The notes under the pieces were generated by a model. The model saw only the letters and a program-made list of their open reading frames with translations, did not search any database and was not told the origin of the DNA. A DNA stretch of 57,650 nucleotides, from NCBI GenBank assembly GCA_021817125.1, contig JAKAWC010000003.1, forward strand, positions 1 to 57,650, in the 5' to 3' direction. Positions 45,885-56,300 of the stretch are shown one piece after another. Every line of letters begins with the position of its first letter. The first letter of the stretch is position 1. Made by a program: the position numbers and the translations under genes. The DNA is from Candidatus Micrarchaeota archaeon. GTDB lineage: Archaea > Micrarchaeota > Micrarchaeia > Micrarchaeales > CABMGC01.

Positions 45885-47606
45885 ATGGCCACAGACAACA
45901 AGGTCAAGGACGCCGCGCGAAAGTTCGCGCTGAAGAACGCCATGGATTATGGCAAGGCCAACCAGGGTGCTGTCCTAAACAAGGTCATATTCGCGTTTCC
46001 CGAGGTAAAGTCGAACATGAAGGAGGCCGCCCTCACAGTAAAGGAGGTGGTCGACCAGGTCAACAAGCTGCCCACAGCCAAGCTGGAGAAGGAGTTTGCG
46101 GCGTTCGCCAAAGAGTTCGAGGATGCCGACAAAGAGAAGGCGGAGCAGGCAAAGCCAAAGCTTGACATCGAAGGTGCAGAGAAGGGGAAGGTCGTAACCC
46201 GCGCACCGCCCGAACCAGGTGGCTACATCCAGATTGGGAACGCCAAGCAGGCAATCCTCAGCGATGAGGTCTCGAGGATGTATGACGGCAAGATATACCT
46301 CTACTTTGACGATACCAATCCGGAGAAGTGCAAGCAGGAGTTTGTCGACGGCATAAAGAAGGACTTCTCATGGCTCGGCATAACGTTCGCGAAAGAGTAC
46401 TATGCGAGCGATCACATAACGGAGGTATACGATGCAGGCAGGAAGATGCTTGCGCAGGGTGACGCATACGTCTGCATGTGCAGCGACGACGACGTAAAGG
46501 CGGGCAGGGAGAAGAAGACGGAGTGCAAACACAGATCGCAGCAGGCGCAACAGAACCTCTCCCTCTTCGAAGACATGCTGGCCGGCAAATATGGCGAAGG
46601 TCAGGTGATTGTAAGGCTCAAGGGAGACATGAAGTCCGACAATGCCACATTCAGGGACCCGACGCTGTTCAGGATAAAGAAAGATGAGCACTACCGGCAG
46701 GGCAAGAAGTACATAGTCTGGCCGACATACCACATAAACACGATGGTTCTCGACAGCCTTTATGGCGTCACAGATGTCATACGCGGGAAGGAGTACGAGA
46801 TCTGGACCGATGTCAACAAGAAGCTCATTGCATCGCTCGGCCTCAAGGAGCCAAGGTTCCACTACGAAGCCAGGCTCAGGATAAGGGGCAACACGACGGC
46901 AAAGAGGATAATAAGGAATCTGCTCAAGGACGGGGTTATAACGAGCTGGGACGACCCGAGGCTCGTCACGGTCATAGCGCTGAGGCGGAGGGGAATAATG
47001 TCCGATGCGATAAGGGAATTCGTGCTCAGGGCAGGCTTCAGCAAGACCGACGCACTGGTGCCGATGGACATGCTGCTCGCGTCTAACCGGAAGATCATCG
47101 ACCCGATCGCGAAGCATCTCTTCTTCGTTTCCGACCCAGTGGAGCTGAGAGTATCGGGCGCAGAAGGCATCCACGCAAGACTGCGGCTCCATCCGACTGC
47201 AGATTATGGGTCCAGGGAATACCTGACCGACGGCAAGTTCTACATAAGCAAAGAGGATGCGGATGCGCTCAAAGTCGGTGACATTGTTAGGCTGAAGGAT
47301 CTCATGGAGGCCAGGATCACTGACAAGTCCCATGGCGTGGTCTCGGCGGAGAAGGCGATCGGTGGAAGCGGGAAGATAATCCAATGGGTCCCGGCAGGCG
47401 ACAAGGTGGAATGCAGCGTGTTGGTGCCTGGGGACCTTCTTCTGGACGATGAGGCATATAATCCGGACAGCATGAAGATCTGGAACGGCAGAGTGGAGGG
47501 ATACGCCAAGCAGCTGGAGGAGCACGACATAGTGCAGTTCGAGCGGGTCGGGTACTGCATTCTAGACGACAAAATGAAGAACCAGTTCATCTTTATATCC
47601 AAGTAG
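45885..47606 (+). CDS. gltX: Glutamate--tRNA ligase
   Basis: ALKNA..YGKA, PPEPGGY, FDDTNP, RDP.LFRI, WPTY, WDDPRL.T..LRRRG, QFERVGY. Confidence 0.93.
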   Translation: MATDNKVKDAARKFALKNAMDYGKANQGAVLNKVIFAFPEVKSNMKEAALTVKEVVDQVNKLPTAKLEKEFAAFAKEFEDADKEKAEQAKPKLDIEGAEKGKVVTRAPPEPGGYIQIGNAKQAILSDEVSRMYDGKIYLYFDDTNPEKCKQEFVDGIKKDFSWLGITFAKEYYASDHITEVYDAGRKMLAQGDAYVCMCSDDDVKAGREKKTECKHRSQQAQQNLSLFEDMLAGKYGEGQVIVRLKGDMKSDNATFRDPTLFRIKKDEHYRQGKKYIVWPTYHINTMVLDSLYGVTDVIRGKEYEIWTDVNKKLIASLGLKEPRFHYEARLRIRGNTTAKRIIRNLLKDGVITSWDDPRLVTVIALRRRGIMSDAIREFVLRAGFSKTDALVPMDMLLASNRKIIDPIAKHLFFVSDPVELRVSGAEGIHARLRLHPTADYGSREYLTDGKFYISKEDADALKVGDIVRLKDLMEARITDKSHGVVSAEKAIGGSGKIIQWVPAGDKVECSVLVPGDLLLDDEAYNPDSMKIWNGRVEGYAKQLEEHDIVQFERVGYCILDDKMKNQFIFISK

Positions 47607-47683
47607 CGCACTTCCACTTAGTAAGAGGGTTTTTAAGCTTCAGTATAATAGAGAATATCCGTGCATCACATCGGGGCGACAAT

Positions 47684-48364
47684 GTGAGTATACTACTAGA
47701 GCGAGACAAAGCCGTTATCCAGGAGGATGAAGCGCAAAGGGCACCAAAGCATCAGGCAGTGACCAGTTTCGAAGCCGAGATCTTCAAGAGGGTGATCAAG
47801 GAGAACTGGAAGAGCAAGGTGAGCGATGAGAACTCCAAGCAGATAGTCGCGATGCTGGAGGAGCATGCATCCTCAATGCAGAAGCTGCTGAACAACTATG
47901 AATATGAGATACTCAGCCTCCCGCATGTCATTGCATCATGCAAGAGGATGACCAGGGGCGAAGCGGCAAGATACCTGCGCGTCCTCGAAGCGATAGCTGT
48001 CGGTTACAAGCAAAGATACACCCCGGACATGCTCTCGCTGCTCGTGTGCGGGCTCGCGCTGAAGGCGAAGGATGCAGAGAGCGCAGCGAAGTACCTGCGC
48101 CTGCTCACCAGCGACCTCGAAGGAAAGGTTACCTACTACACTACGGTATCTAATGCCGAGGCAAGGTCGATAGATAACCTCGCCCTGACCCTGAAGTACA
48201 TGGAGGCAAGCCTGATGCACAGGATATTCAAGAGGGGCGAGCTCGTAAGGATACGCAGAAGGATAGATGTGAGGATAAGGCGCAAGAGGAAGTTCGACCA
48301 TAAGCGGATCAGGTACGACAGCGTCCTGTCGAAGGTCAAGGGCACGGCCAACTCTCACGCGTAG
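47684..48364 (+). CDS. Hypothetical protein with basic C-terminus
   Basis: 226-aa ORF, host-like codon usage. Confidence 0.7.
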   Translation: MSILLERDKAVIQEDEAQRAPKHQAVTSFEAEIFKRVIKENWKSKVSDENSKQIVAMLEEHASSMQKLLNNYEYEILSLPHVIASCKRMTRGEAARYLRVLEAIAVGYKQRYTPDMLSLLVCGLALKAKDAESAAKYLRLLTSDLEGKVTYYTTVSNAEARSIDNLALTLKYMEASLMHRIFKRGELVRIRRRIDVRIRRKRKFDHKRIRYDSVLSKVKGTANSHA

Positions 48365-48858
48365 AACTTGCTGTAGAAGAAGATTCCCTGTATCGTCTTT
48401 GCGTCTATTATCTTGCCTGTCTTTATCATGTTGATTGCGTCGGCCAGTTTCACTTTCTCCACTCTTATGAATTCGTCAGGCTCCAGGTGCTGCTTCCTCT
48501 TCTCAAGGCCGGTCGCCACAAAGTAATTCAGTAGTTCGGTGGACATGCCCGGCGTGGTCCACGACTTGAACGCGAACTTCATGCTCCTGGCAGAGTACCC
48601 CGCTTCCTCCAGAAGCTCCCTCCTGGCCTGTTTCATGGCGTTCTCGTTCGGTTCAATCCTTCCTGCAGGAAGTTCGTAAAGCCACTTCCCTATGACGAAC
48701 CTATACTGCCGGATAAGCAGTATGGTGTCATGGTCTATCACGGGGACGATGACCACACCTCCCCGGTGTATGATCTTGGAGATCATCCTGCGTTTCCCGT
48801 TCGGCAGTTTGACTAGCTCCAAAGAAACACTGAAGATCTTAGAGTTGTAAAACTGCAA
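48355..48858 (-). CDS. NUDIX hydrolase (ADP-ribose pyrophosphatase-like)
   Basis: QYR...ELPAGRIE..E....ARRELLEEAGY Nudix box; I.DAKTI. Confidence 0.92.
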   Translation of the reverse strand: MQFYNSKIFSVSLELVKLPNGKRRMISKIIHRGGVVIVPVIDHDTILLIRQYRFVIGKWLYELPAGRIEPNENAMKQARRELLEEAGYSARSMKFAFKSWTTPGMSTELLNYFVATGLEKRKQHLEPDEFIRVEKVKLADAINMIKTGKIIDAKTIQGIFFYSKFYA

Positions 48859-48945
48859 CCTACCCCACTCTGCAGCTACGTGTGTAGCCCTCTCCTACTC
48901 ATTACCTGAGACGTGAGAGATTATAATGCTTTTGGTGGGGTAAAA

Positions 48946-49869
48946 CTAATTCTGGTCGTCGCCTGCCGCTGCGCCACCTTTCTTCTGCACTCGCTTTGCC
49001 CTTGGGCCGCTCGCCTGGCCGGATGGCTGGGTCACATTGGGTATTATGTTCCGCACAGCCTGCTCGTCAATCCCGTCCGGAAGCCCCTGCCCGCGAATGT
49101 ACTCATAGAGCACGAACCTGTAGACCTGACCTATCACCGATGCCGTAAGCGCGCCGAAGATTATCAGTATGAGTCCGAGTGCGCCGAGCCCGATCGAGAC
49201 GATAGCTCCAGCCATTCCTGCTGTGGCTGTCGCTCCAACGATGCATAGGACCCCGAGTATGATCATCCCCAAGCTGTACATCTCAGAGGCGCCCAAGCCC
49301 ACAGCCGATGATCCTATATTGTGTGCGACCATGTCCGCGCTCTCCTTCAGCGCACCGAATGGTCCCTTCTTTTCGTCGAGTATTATCGGGAGCACGAAGA
49401 AGGTTATGCCTGTTATCGCCACAGAGGCGCCTATGCCGAAAGCGAGCCTGCCTATGCCTCTAAGCCTGCTCTCTATGAGCCTGATTATGGTTACTAGTAT
49501 CAAGTTCACGAGCGTCCACTGGAAGAGAAGACCGGCGTACGGCGCGGTCTGCCTAAGCGCTGCCATCACGCCTATCTTGTTGCCCGCCTGGTAGCTCCTG
49601 AACGCAATCAGCATCGCCATCGTGACGTACATTGATATGAAACCGACAAGGATGTAAAATAGTATTATGAATCCGATTATAACGTAACCTCCAGGGCCTC
49701 CAGCCAACGCCGTGGCTATCCCCGCGCCCAGCGCCACCAGCAGGGTGACGCCAAACAGAACGATTGCAGCAATCAGCGATATTACCGGGTATAACAGAAG
49801 CTGCTTGTCCTTGAACACCAACTGTCGCGTCTGGTTTCCCAGAGTCCATCCTTGTCCTATTCCGAACAT
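48946..49869 (-). CDS. Polytopic membrane protein (DUF6159-like)
   Basis: DKQLLLYP, FFVLP.I.DE..GP..ALKES, FVLYEY...GLP. Confidence 0.7.
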   Translation of the reverse strand: MFGIGQGWTLGNQTRQLVFKDKQLLLYPVISLIAAIVLFGVTLLVALGAGIATALAGGPGGYVIIGFIILFYILVGFISMYVTMAMLIAFRSYQAGNKIGVMAALRQTAPYAGLLFQWTLVNLILVTIIRLIESRLRGIGRLAFGIGASVAITGITFFVLPIILDEKKGPFGALKESADMVAHNIGSSAVGLGASEMYSLGMIILGVLCIVGATATAGMAGAIVSIGLGALGLILIIFGALTASVIGQVYRFVLYEYIRGQGLPDGIDEQAVRNIIPNVTQPSGQASGPRAKRVQKKGGAAAGDDQN

Positions 49870-49956
49870 CTATGCACCGCTTCTCTATTGCATCTGCCAT
49901 CTATAAAAACCTACCCGTTGCAAGCTCATCGTGATTGCTTGCATCGTCCATACTGG

Positions 49957-51114
49957 ATGACAAAAGACGTCTTCTACATATCATTCTCCGCGTTCTTCGC
50001 AGACCTTGGCTACCAGGCAGCGCTCGCAATATTCCCCATATTCCTTGTCGTGACTCTCGGCGCGCCTGCGTCCGCTTTCGGCACGGCAAACGCGATAGCG
50101 TTCGGCATAGGCTCCGCATTCGGATACCTCGGCGGGCTAATGAGCGACAGGTTCAGCGACAAGAAGGTTGCGATATTCGGCAACGCGCTCATCCCGCTCA
50201 TATCGCTGATGGGGCTCGCATCCAACCCTACGACAGCGGTGCTGCTCTTCTCCGGCGGGTGGTGGGCGAGGAACTTCAGGACTCCTGCGCGAAGGGCAAT
50301 GCTGGTAAAAGCCTCTGCCAAGGAAGACCGCGGCAAGTCGTTCGGCTTCCTGCACGCTCTTGACATAGGCGGAGGCATGCTGTCAGTGGCGTTCGTGCTA
50401 GTCATGGCCTACATCGGTCTTGCATACAGCACGATACTGCTGCTGACGGTCTTGCCCCTGATAGTGTCCACTATCCTGCTCTTCTTCACGCGGGAGACGC
50501 GCAAGGCCGCGCATGCCGCCGTGGCAAAGGCAAAGAGCGTCGCACGGGGGACAAGGATAGCCGGCAGCACATACAAGGGCATAATAATATCAACGTCGCT
50601 CTACGGCTTCAGCTCGTACAGCCTCGGCTTCCCGATACTCACCATAGCGCAGAGCTCGAACGCGCTGCTGGGCATAGGCTCGTATGGTGTGTACCTAGGC
50701 ATATCTGCGGTAGTCGGCTATAAGATAGGCTCGATGAAGGCGCTCAACAAGGTCGGGGCGCTGGGCATACTCGGCTACGTCCTGTCTGGGCTGGGGACGC
50801 TGATACTCGCCCTGGGTTACGCACTCCACGAGAGCGTGCTGATGCTCTACATCGGAGTGGCGGTGCTGGGTTTTGCCCTTGGCGTGGTGGAGACGCTCGA
50901 GCCCACGCTGATATCGTTCATCAAGGGCGTACGCGAGCTCGGCAGGGGGATGGGCGCGCTCGCCGGGTCGAGGAGCTTCGGCATCTTCTTCGCAAACCTG
51001 ATAATGGGCGTGCTCTACGTAATTAACCCGTTCGACTCCTACGTATATGCCACAACGGTCTCTCTGGTCGCAGGCGCGCTGATGTTGTACCTGGGCAGGG
51101 GCTTCAAGGCATGA
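49957..51114 (+). CDS. MFS transporter
   Basis: SAFFADLGY, GGLMSDRF..K, RTPARRAML, RGKSFG.LHALD. Confidence 0.9.
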   Translation: MTKDVFYISFSAFFADLGYQAALAIFPIFLVVTLGAPASAFGTANAIAFGIGSAFGYLGGLMSDRFSDKKVAIFGNALIPLISLMGLASNPTTAVLLFSGGWWARNFRTPARRAMLVKASAKEDRGKSFGFLHALDIGGGMLSVAFVLVMAYIGLAYSTILLLTVLPLIVSTILLFFTRETRKAAHAAVAKAKSVARGTRIAGSTYKGIIISTSLYGFSSYSLGFPILTIAQSSNALLGIGSYGVYLGISAVVGYKIGSMKALNKVGALGILGYVLSGLGTLILALGYALHESVLMLYIGVAVLGFALGVVETLEPTLISFIKGVRELGRGMGALAGSRSFGIFFANLIMGVLYVINPFDSYVYATTVSLVAGALMLYLGRGFKA

Positions 51115-51141
51115 GCGATTCTATTTATTCCTTAGCGTTGA

Positions 51142-51753
51142 ATGCCTAACATGCGCCTTATCATAGTTCGTCATGGGGAGACGGAAGAGAATGTCAGCGG
51201 CATAACCCAGGGCCATATCCACGGGCATTTATCAAAGGCAGGCATAGCGCAGGTCAAGAAGCTGGCAAAAGAACTTAGTGGCGAGAAAATAGACGCCGTA
51301 TTCTCCAGCGACCTTGGGCGTTGCATCGACACCACGCATGCTATATTGAGGTTTCACTCCTCTCCTGTGCATTACACCCGCGCACTGAGGGAGAGAAGCT
51401 ACGGCGTGTATGAAGGCGGCCCCCACACGAAGTTCCGCGAAGATGCGATGGCTGCCAGCGACACTCCATACCACAAGCTCAAGCCAAAAGGCGGAGAGAG
51501 CTATGTGGATGTGAAGCGCAGGGTGTCGAGACTGACCAGCAGACTGCCGAAGCGGTACTCCGATAAGTCCGTCCTCCTCGTCACCCACGGAGGCGTAGTG
51601 AGGTGCCTGGTTTCCATATACCTCGAGATTCCGCTCATACGCGCATCACAAATCCCGACCCCGAAAAATGCTGGCATGCTTGTGCTTGACGTAAGCGGCG
51701 TCAGAACACGCGTAGTAAAGAATACGCTGGTAAACCTCCCAAGGTCAACTTAA
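51142..51753 (+). CDS. Histidine phosphatase (PGM-like)
   Basis: IVRHGET, SSDL.R...T, LRERSYG, GGES, LVTHGG. Confidence 0.93.
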   Translation: MPNMRLIIVRHGETEENVSGITQGHIHGHLSKAGIAQVKKLAKELSGEKIDAVFSSDLGRCIDTTHAILRFHSSPVHYTRALRERSYGVYEGGPHTKFREDAMAASDTPYHKLKPKGGESYVDVKRRVSRLTSRLPKRYSDKSVLLVTHGGVVRCLVSIYLEIPLIRASQIPTPKNAGMLVLDVSGVRTRVVKNTLVNLPRST

Positions 51754-52036
51754 TCCGGACTCGCCCCTCCATATTCCCAGGGTGTTGCTCTGATTCTGGA
51801 TATGCCTCTATGCGGCGCCTGTCGCCGTGCTTGCAGGGATAATCTCCCTCATATCAAGAAAAGGATTCAAGCCATAGTCGAAGCGTAAAGATGTGGCCGG
51901 GAAGGAAGGCGCACACGCGCATTGAAGGTTTCCTCGGATATTATCCTTCAGGCCACACATACCTTCAATTATATTGATGACTTTTCTGATATATACGGCT
52001 TTCCATGACCCGTGCGGAATGTCGTTGGCGCCAGAC

Positions 52037-52213
52037 TTACTTGACGTCCCTGCTTATTATCGTGAAGTAAAGCAAGAAGACCGCACCCATCACTGCGAAC
52101 ACCGCGGCTACCGTAGTTATCCCGGACAGGGCGACCGTGACGCCCGCGATGACTGTTCCGAGTATCCTTCCGAGATCGTAGCTGACGGTCTCGAATGTAT
52201 AGAACTCAGCCAT
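52037..52213 (-). pseudogene. Short 2-TM ORF resembling an MFS C-terminal fragment
   Basis: MAEFYTFETVSYDLGRILGTVIAG...LLYF; starts exactly at the edge of the direct repeat. Confidence 0.4.
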
Positions 52214-52327
52214 GCGTAAAATGAAAATGGGGGATGCGTGATTTGAACACACGTCGCCGCGACCCGAACGCGGTAGCCTACCAAACTAGCAGAATCCCCC
52301 ATTAAAGCACAAGCGCACCGTCCTTGG
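52211..52327 (+). repeat. Direct repeat copy 1 (>=117 bp identical to 57534-57650)
   Basis: CATGCGTAAAATGAAAATGGGGG...CCGTCCTTGG identical at offset 5323. Confidence 0.95.
52228..52300 (-). tRNA. tRNA-Pro(CGG), copy 1
   Basis: GGGGGAT/ATCCCCC acceptor; CCGCG-TTCGGGT-CGCGG; GTGTG-TTCAAAT-CACGC. Confidence 0.92.
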
Positions 52328-52802
52328 TCACGAGGACGTCGTCTTCTATCCTGACGCCGCCGAAACCCGGCAGGTATATACCCGGCTCAACGCTGGTCAC
52401 CATTCCTGGCTTGAGTATTATTTTGGAGGAAGGGGATAAAAATGGATACGGTCCATCGTGCACGTCCAGCCCAATCGAATGCCCGAGCGAGTGGATGAAC
52501 TTTCCCCGGTACTTGCCGTCTGCCGCGGTGTCGATGTGCTTCTGTGCGATCGCGTGTATGCTCTTCGCCTTGACACCGGGTCTTATCGCGCGTATCGCCC
52601 TCACCTGCGCCTCCTTGACTATCCGGTGCATCTCATCCATGGTCTTGAAGTCGTGGGTCGCATCCGCCTTGTGCCCGAATATGAACGTCCTCGTTATGTC
52701 CGAGCAGTAGTTGTCTACCCTCGCGCCGGCGTCTATGAGTATGAAGTCCCCTGCCCTGAGCTTGGTGTGGTCTGGGGAGTGGTGGGGCTCTGCGGCATTC
52801 TT
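52302..52802 (-). pseudogene. pepQ: 5'-truncated M24 Xaa-Pro peptidase (C-terminal catalytic portion only)
   Basis: NAAEPHH, LIDAG...YCSDITRT, HSLGHSIGLDVHD, EPGIY, GVRIEDD; in-frame TAG immediately upstream where AT-rich DNA begins. Confidence 0.85.
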
Positions 52803-52820
52803 ATGCTAATCTTTACACCC

Positions 52821-53318
52821 TTATCCTGTTACGACCGTTGCCGCTGTCGTAATAAGTGCTGTGTGATATGGATTGCTGGAAGAGGGTAGTGTATTATTTA
52901 GAGTATACCTAATCCAGAGCCAGAAAATAAAATGTTGACCCCTAGTTAAGTTTACCACCATGCTACTATTTTGATTATAACAATGAAGATTTGTAACCGA
53001 TGTCGGTCTGCCGCTCATAAGCGTTAGATTGCTAATAGAAACAAACATGGTGGCATTTCCATTATAAGTGACACATCCGTACCCAACATTGTAAGTAGGA
53101 TGTCCTATATCTTGTCCGACCACAAGCGAAAGGTTTCCAGAAGTAGTCATATTTATAGGCGTGTCGCAAAAGAAATCTGTTTGAGCGATGCATGCATAAC
53201 CCCCTAGATAGGAAGCGGATGGCAATATTACCCCGAGTTCATAAAGAGTGGCAAACACAATCCCCACGAAGACAGTAGTAGCTACTAACCAGTACTTGCC
53301 GATTGATTTGTGCGCCAA
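52821..53318 (-). CDS. AT-rich membrane-anchored secreted protein, possibly archaeal type-IV-pilin-like
   Basis: Hydrophobic N-helix ending LYELGV, CIAQTDFFC, GNLSLVVGQ, four Cys; no clear class III cleavage motif. Confidence 0.55.
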   Translation of the reverse strand: MAHKSIGKYWLVATTVFVGIVFATLYELGVILPSASYLGGYACIAQTDFFCDTPINMTTSGNLSLVVGQDIGHPTYNVGYGCVTYNGNATMFVSISNLTLMSGRPTSVTNLHCYNQNSSMVVNLTRGQHFIFWLWIRYTLNNTLPSSSNPYHTALITTAATVVTG

Positions 53319-53392
53319 TTTACCCCTCTAATAACGTATAATATCCAAAGCATTAAATAGCAGAGTATTAGGAATAAGTTAACAGGAACGTT

Positions 53393-56300
53393 ATGCCATT
53401 TAGAATTATTTCCTTATGCACTCTTCTGTTTCTAATATCTACGACATGTGTTGCAAGTGTATATAAAACATCTGCACCATCGCAGCAACCTGTTCAATCC
53501 GTAAACGATAGTATCTACTTTCCTGAAAACATAGCATCCGCAACAAATATTACACTTTGGAAAGTTAATGGATTTACGGTATATAATCTAACCGAGATGG
53601 TCAATAGTCCTAATAATAAAACTCATTCAGTCCAAACCAATTTCAATTTCAAGAAACATATCTTCTTGGAGAACAACTCCGCAAATTTATTGGGCGTAGC
53701 GGCGCAATGGGCTGGCTATCTGGTTACTACCGTTAATGCATCTGGACCAAGTTATATGCCTAATAGCGTTACTATGGTGCGTGGGTCATGGGTAGTCCAA
53801 CCTGTGCCTCAGCTAACTTTTCCGCCAACATACTCTGCACAATGGATAGGCGTGGGCGGAGCAAAGGATTCTGATTTAATACAAGTGGGCACAGAATCCA
53901 CGAGTATATCGGGCGTTGTCCATGGGTCCTATTACGCTGTGTTTGAATTAGTTTCAGGAATTAACGGGAACCAAACGCTGCTTACAACTAATAATTCCCT
54001 TGGAAGTAATGGGATTTTTGCATTACCCATCCGTGGCGGAGACATAATCAATTCAGAAATAAGCCTTATGTCTCAGAACGCTACAAATCAGAATTGGTTT
54101 ATACTTATTTCAGACCAGAATCAAAGATGGGTAGCCGATGGCACCCTTACCTTGAATTCCTTCTCTATGGAGAATTCTGCAGAATTTATAGAAGAGGACC
54201 CGTGTGAGAATAGCGGTTGCGGGGAATTGCAGCCGTTTGCAGACTTCGGTTCAAGCAGCTATGGATATGACTTCACACATAACTTCCTTAGTAATCAGGT
54301 TACGTTATCAAATAAAACGGTTTTTATCGGCAGCCTCCCAGAAATTCCAATATACATGCAACACAATGGGCAATTCTCAGCAAAACCAGATCCGATAACA
54401 CCGGATGGCACATCATTCGGTGTTACATACGGAAACCTAAGCATAAATGTCACGAAGTCCCTCTTAGGCAAAGGCAATAGCGGCATAGAAACGCTAAACC
54501 TAAGCGCAATCCCATCGGGCTACTCCAGCTTGGGCAACCTTACCTACACCTGGTACAATTCGACAGATAGTTTCCCAGGCTTGCAGATAGGCAACGGCAA
54601 GAAGGACTACATTCACATAAATAATATCTCTGCAAACGCCATCTACACCGTCTTCGTTACTGACAAGGGATTAAGCCCACACCCACAGGCTTATAACTAC
54701 ATCGAGCTGCGCCCTCTTGCCACAAGCCTGGAGTCGCCGGTCATAACCCCCTCTCCCATCATGCTTGACTCTGGCCAGTCGATAAACCTAACTGCATGGG
54801 ACAACTTCACACCTGTCGCCGGCACGTTGGTCTGGCAGTGGTACAAGCAAGCAGCAAATGGCAGCTTTGTTGCAATACCTAATGCCAACCATAGTGTACT
54901 TCAGATAAGTAATGTTACTGCAGATGCGAACTACGAGGTTTCCGTCTACCTATCTACGAAGAATAAGAATACCGCGCTTTTCTCACTCCCTACTCAAATC
55001 ACGGTGTACCCCTCACTCGGCATTCCGACAGTTGCGCCTAGCAGCATAACGATACGTAAGGGGCAGTCAGTTAACCTGACTGTACTCGAGACAGGTGGCA
55101 CCGGCGACTATATCTATGCGTGGTATACTGTTGCTGCAAATTCCCTGTTAACCCCAGTCGGCGAAGTCAGCAGCAAGGTCTTCACCGTATCTCCGAACGC
55201 CACTACGACCTACGAGGTAGCCGCCTTGGATCTGGGCGTTACGCCAAATGCAACGCCTCCTGCCCGAGAGTTTTCTGCACCAGTCAGCGTGATAGTCGCA
55301 CCGCCAGTGACTTATGTGGTGGTCAACACCACATTCACCACAAAGGTGCTTAACAACACTCCGATACAGATCCACGTTAATGAGTCAAAGTACGGGCTGC
55401 CGTATGCTGACTCAGGCTGCATCGCTGCAGGCGTGACAAGCTGTCAGGAATGGCAGCTGCCCAATGGCACGGTGGTCAACAGTTTTCTGGAGGGGATAAT
55501 GAACAACGTAATCGATTCCAATGCATCTGCCCTGTCAAACAGCGTGGTCACCTACTGGCTGAACTATAACTGGGGCACAGCAGCCTCATGGCCATACAAT
55601 GAGACTGAAAGGATATATGTATCAAACATCGTCTGGGGGCCGGTAGGCAATTTTATCAGTTATGCCAACGGTACGGCAAGCCTGATTATCTACAACACCG
55701 CCCCCCGGCTTCTCCTGCTCAATTTGACGCACAGCCCCGCGATGGGCGTCGGCTGCCACGACGTGTATATGCAAGGATGGAACGGTCTCTCCCAGACGAG
55801 CCTGGGTTCGCTCAACTTCTCGGTGATAAACTGCACAGGAGCGGTTGCGAGCTTCGTGGTAAGTGCATACTCGCGAGCGAACCAGACATTCAACGCATTG
55901 TACCTCTATTATGGCAATAACGCGGTATCCGGACTAGCCGATGCTGCACTCGGCGCTGAATACTACGGGCCACAGTCGGTCACTGATGCAGAAGGGCATA
56001 TTGGCAGGTACTTGGTGATGAACTCCATCGAAAACGTAAGCCTTCTGGTGATGCCAGGAAACGGAGAGGACATCATAAACCTTGCGCATCCGCTCCCAAA
56101 TGGGGCGCAGATACTTCTTAACAGCTTTACTGGAGGGGTGGGGAACGGAAGTTGCGGCGGATACGGGCCAGGGTATCCGTCATTGTATGGTTCTTCCGCT
56201 AGCGTCTGCCTTCAGGGAGGCCCAGGCAACAACCTGTCGGCATACTCATTCGGAGGCAACACGAGGTTCGACGTCCTCCATTCATTGGAGATATACGACT

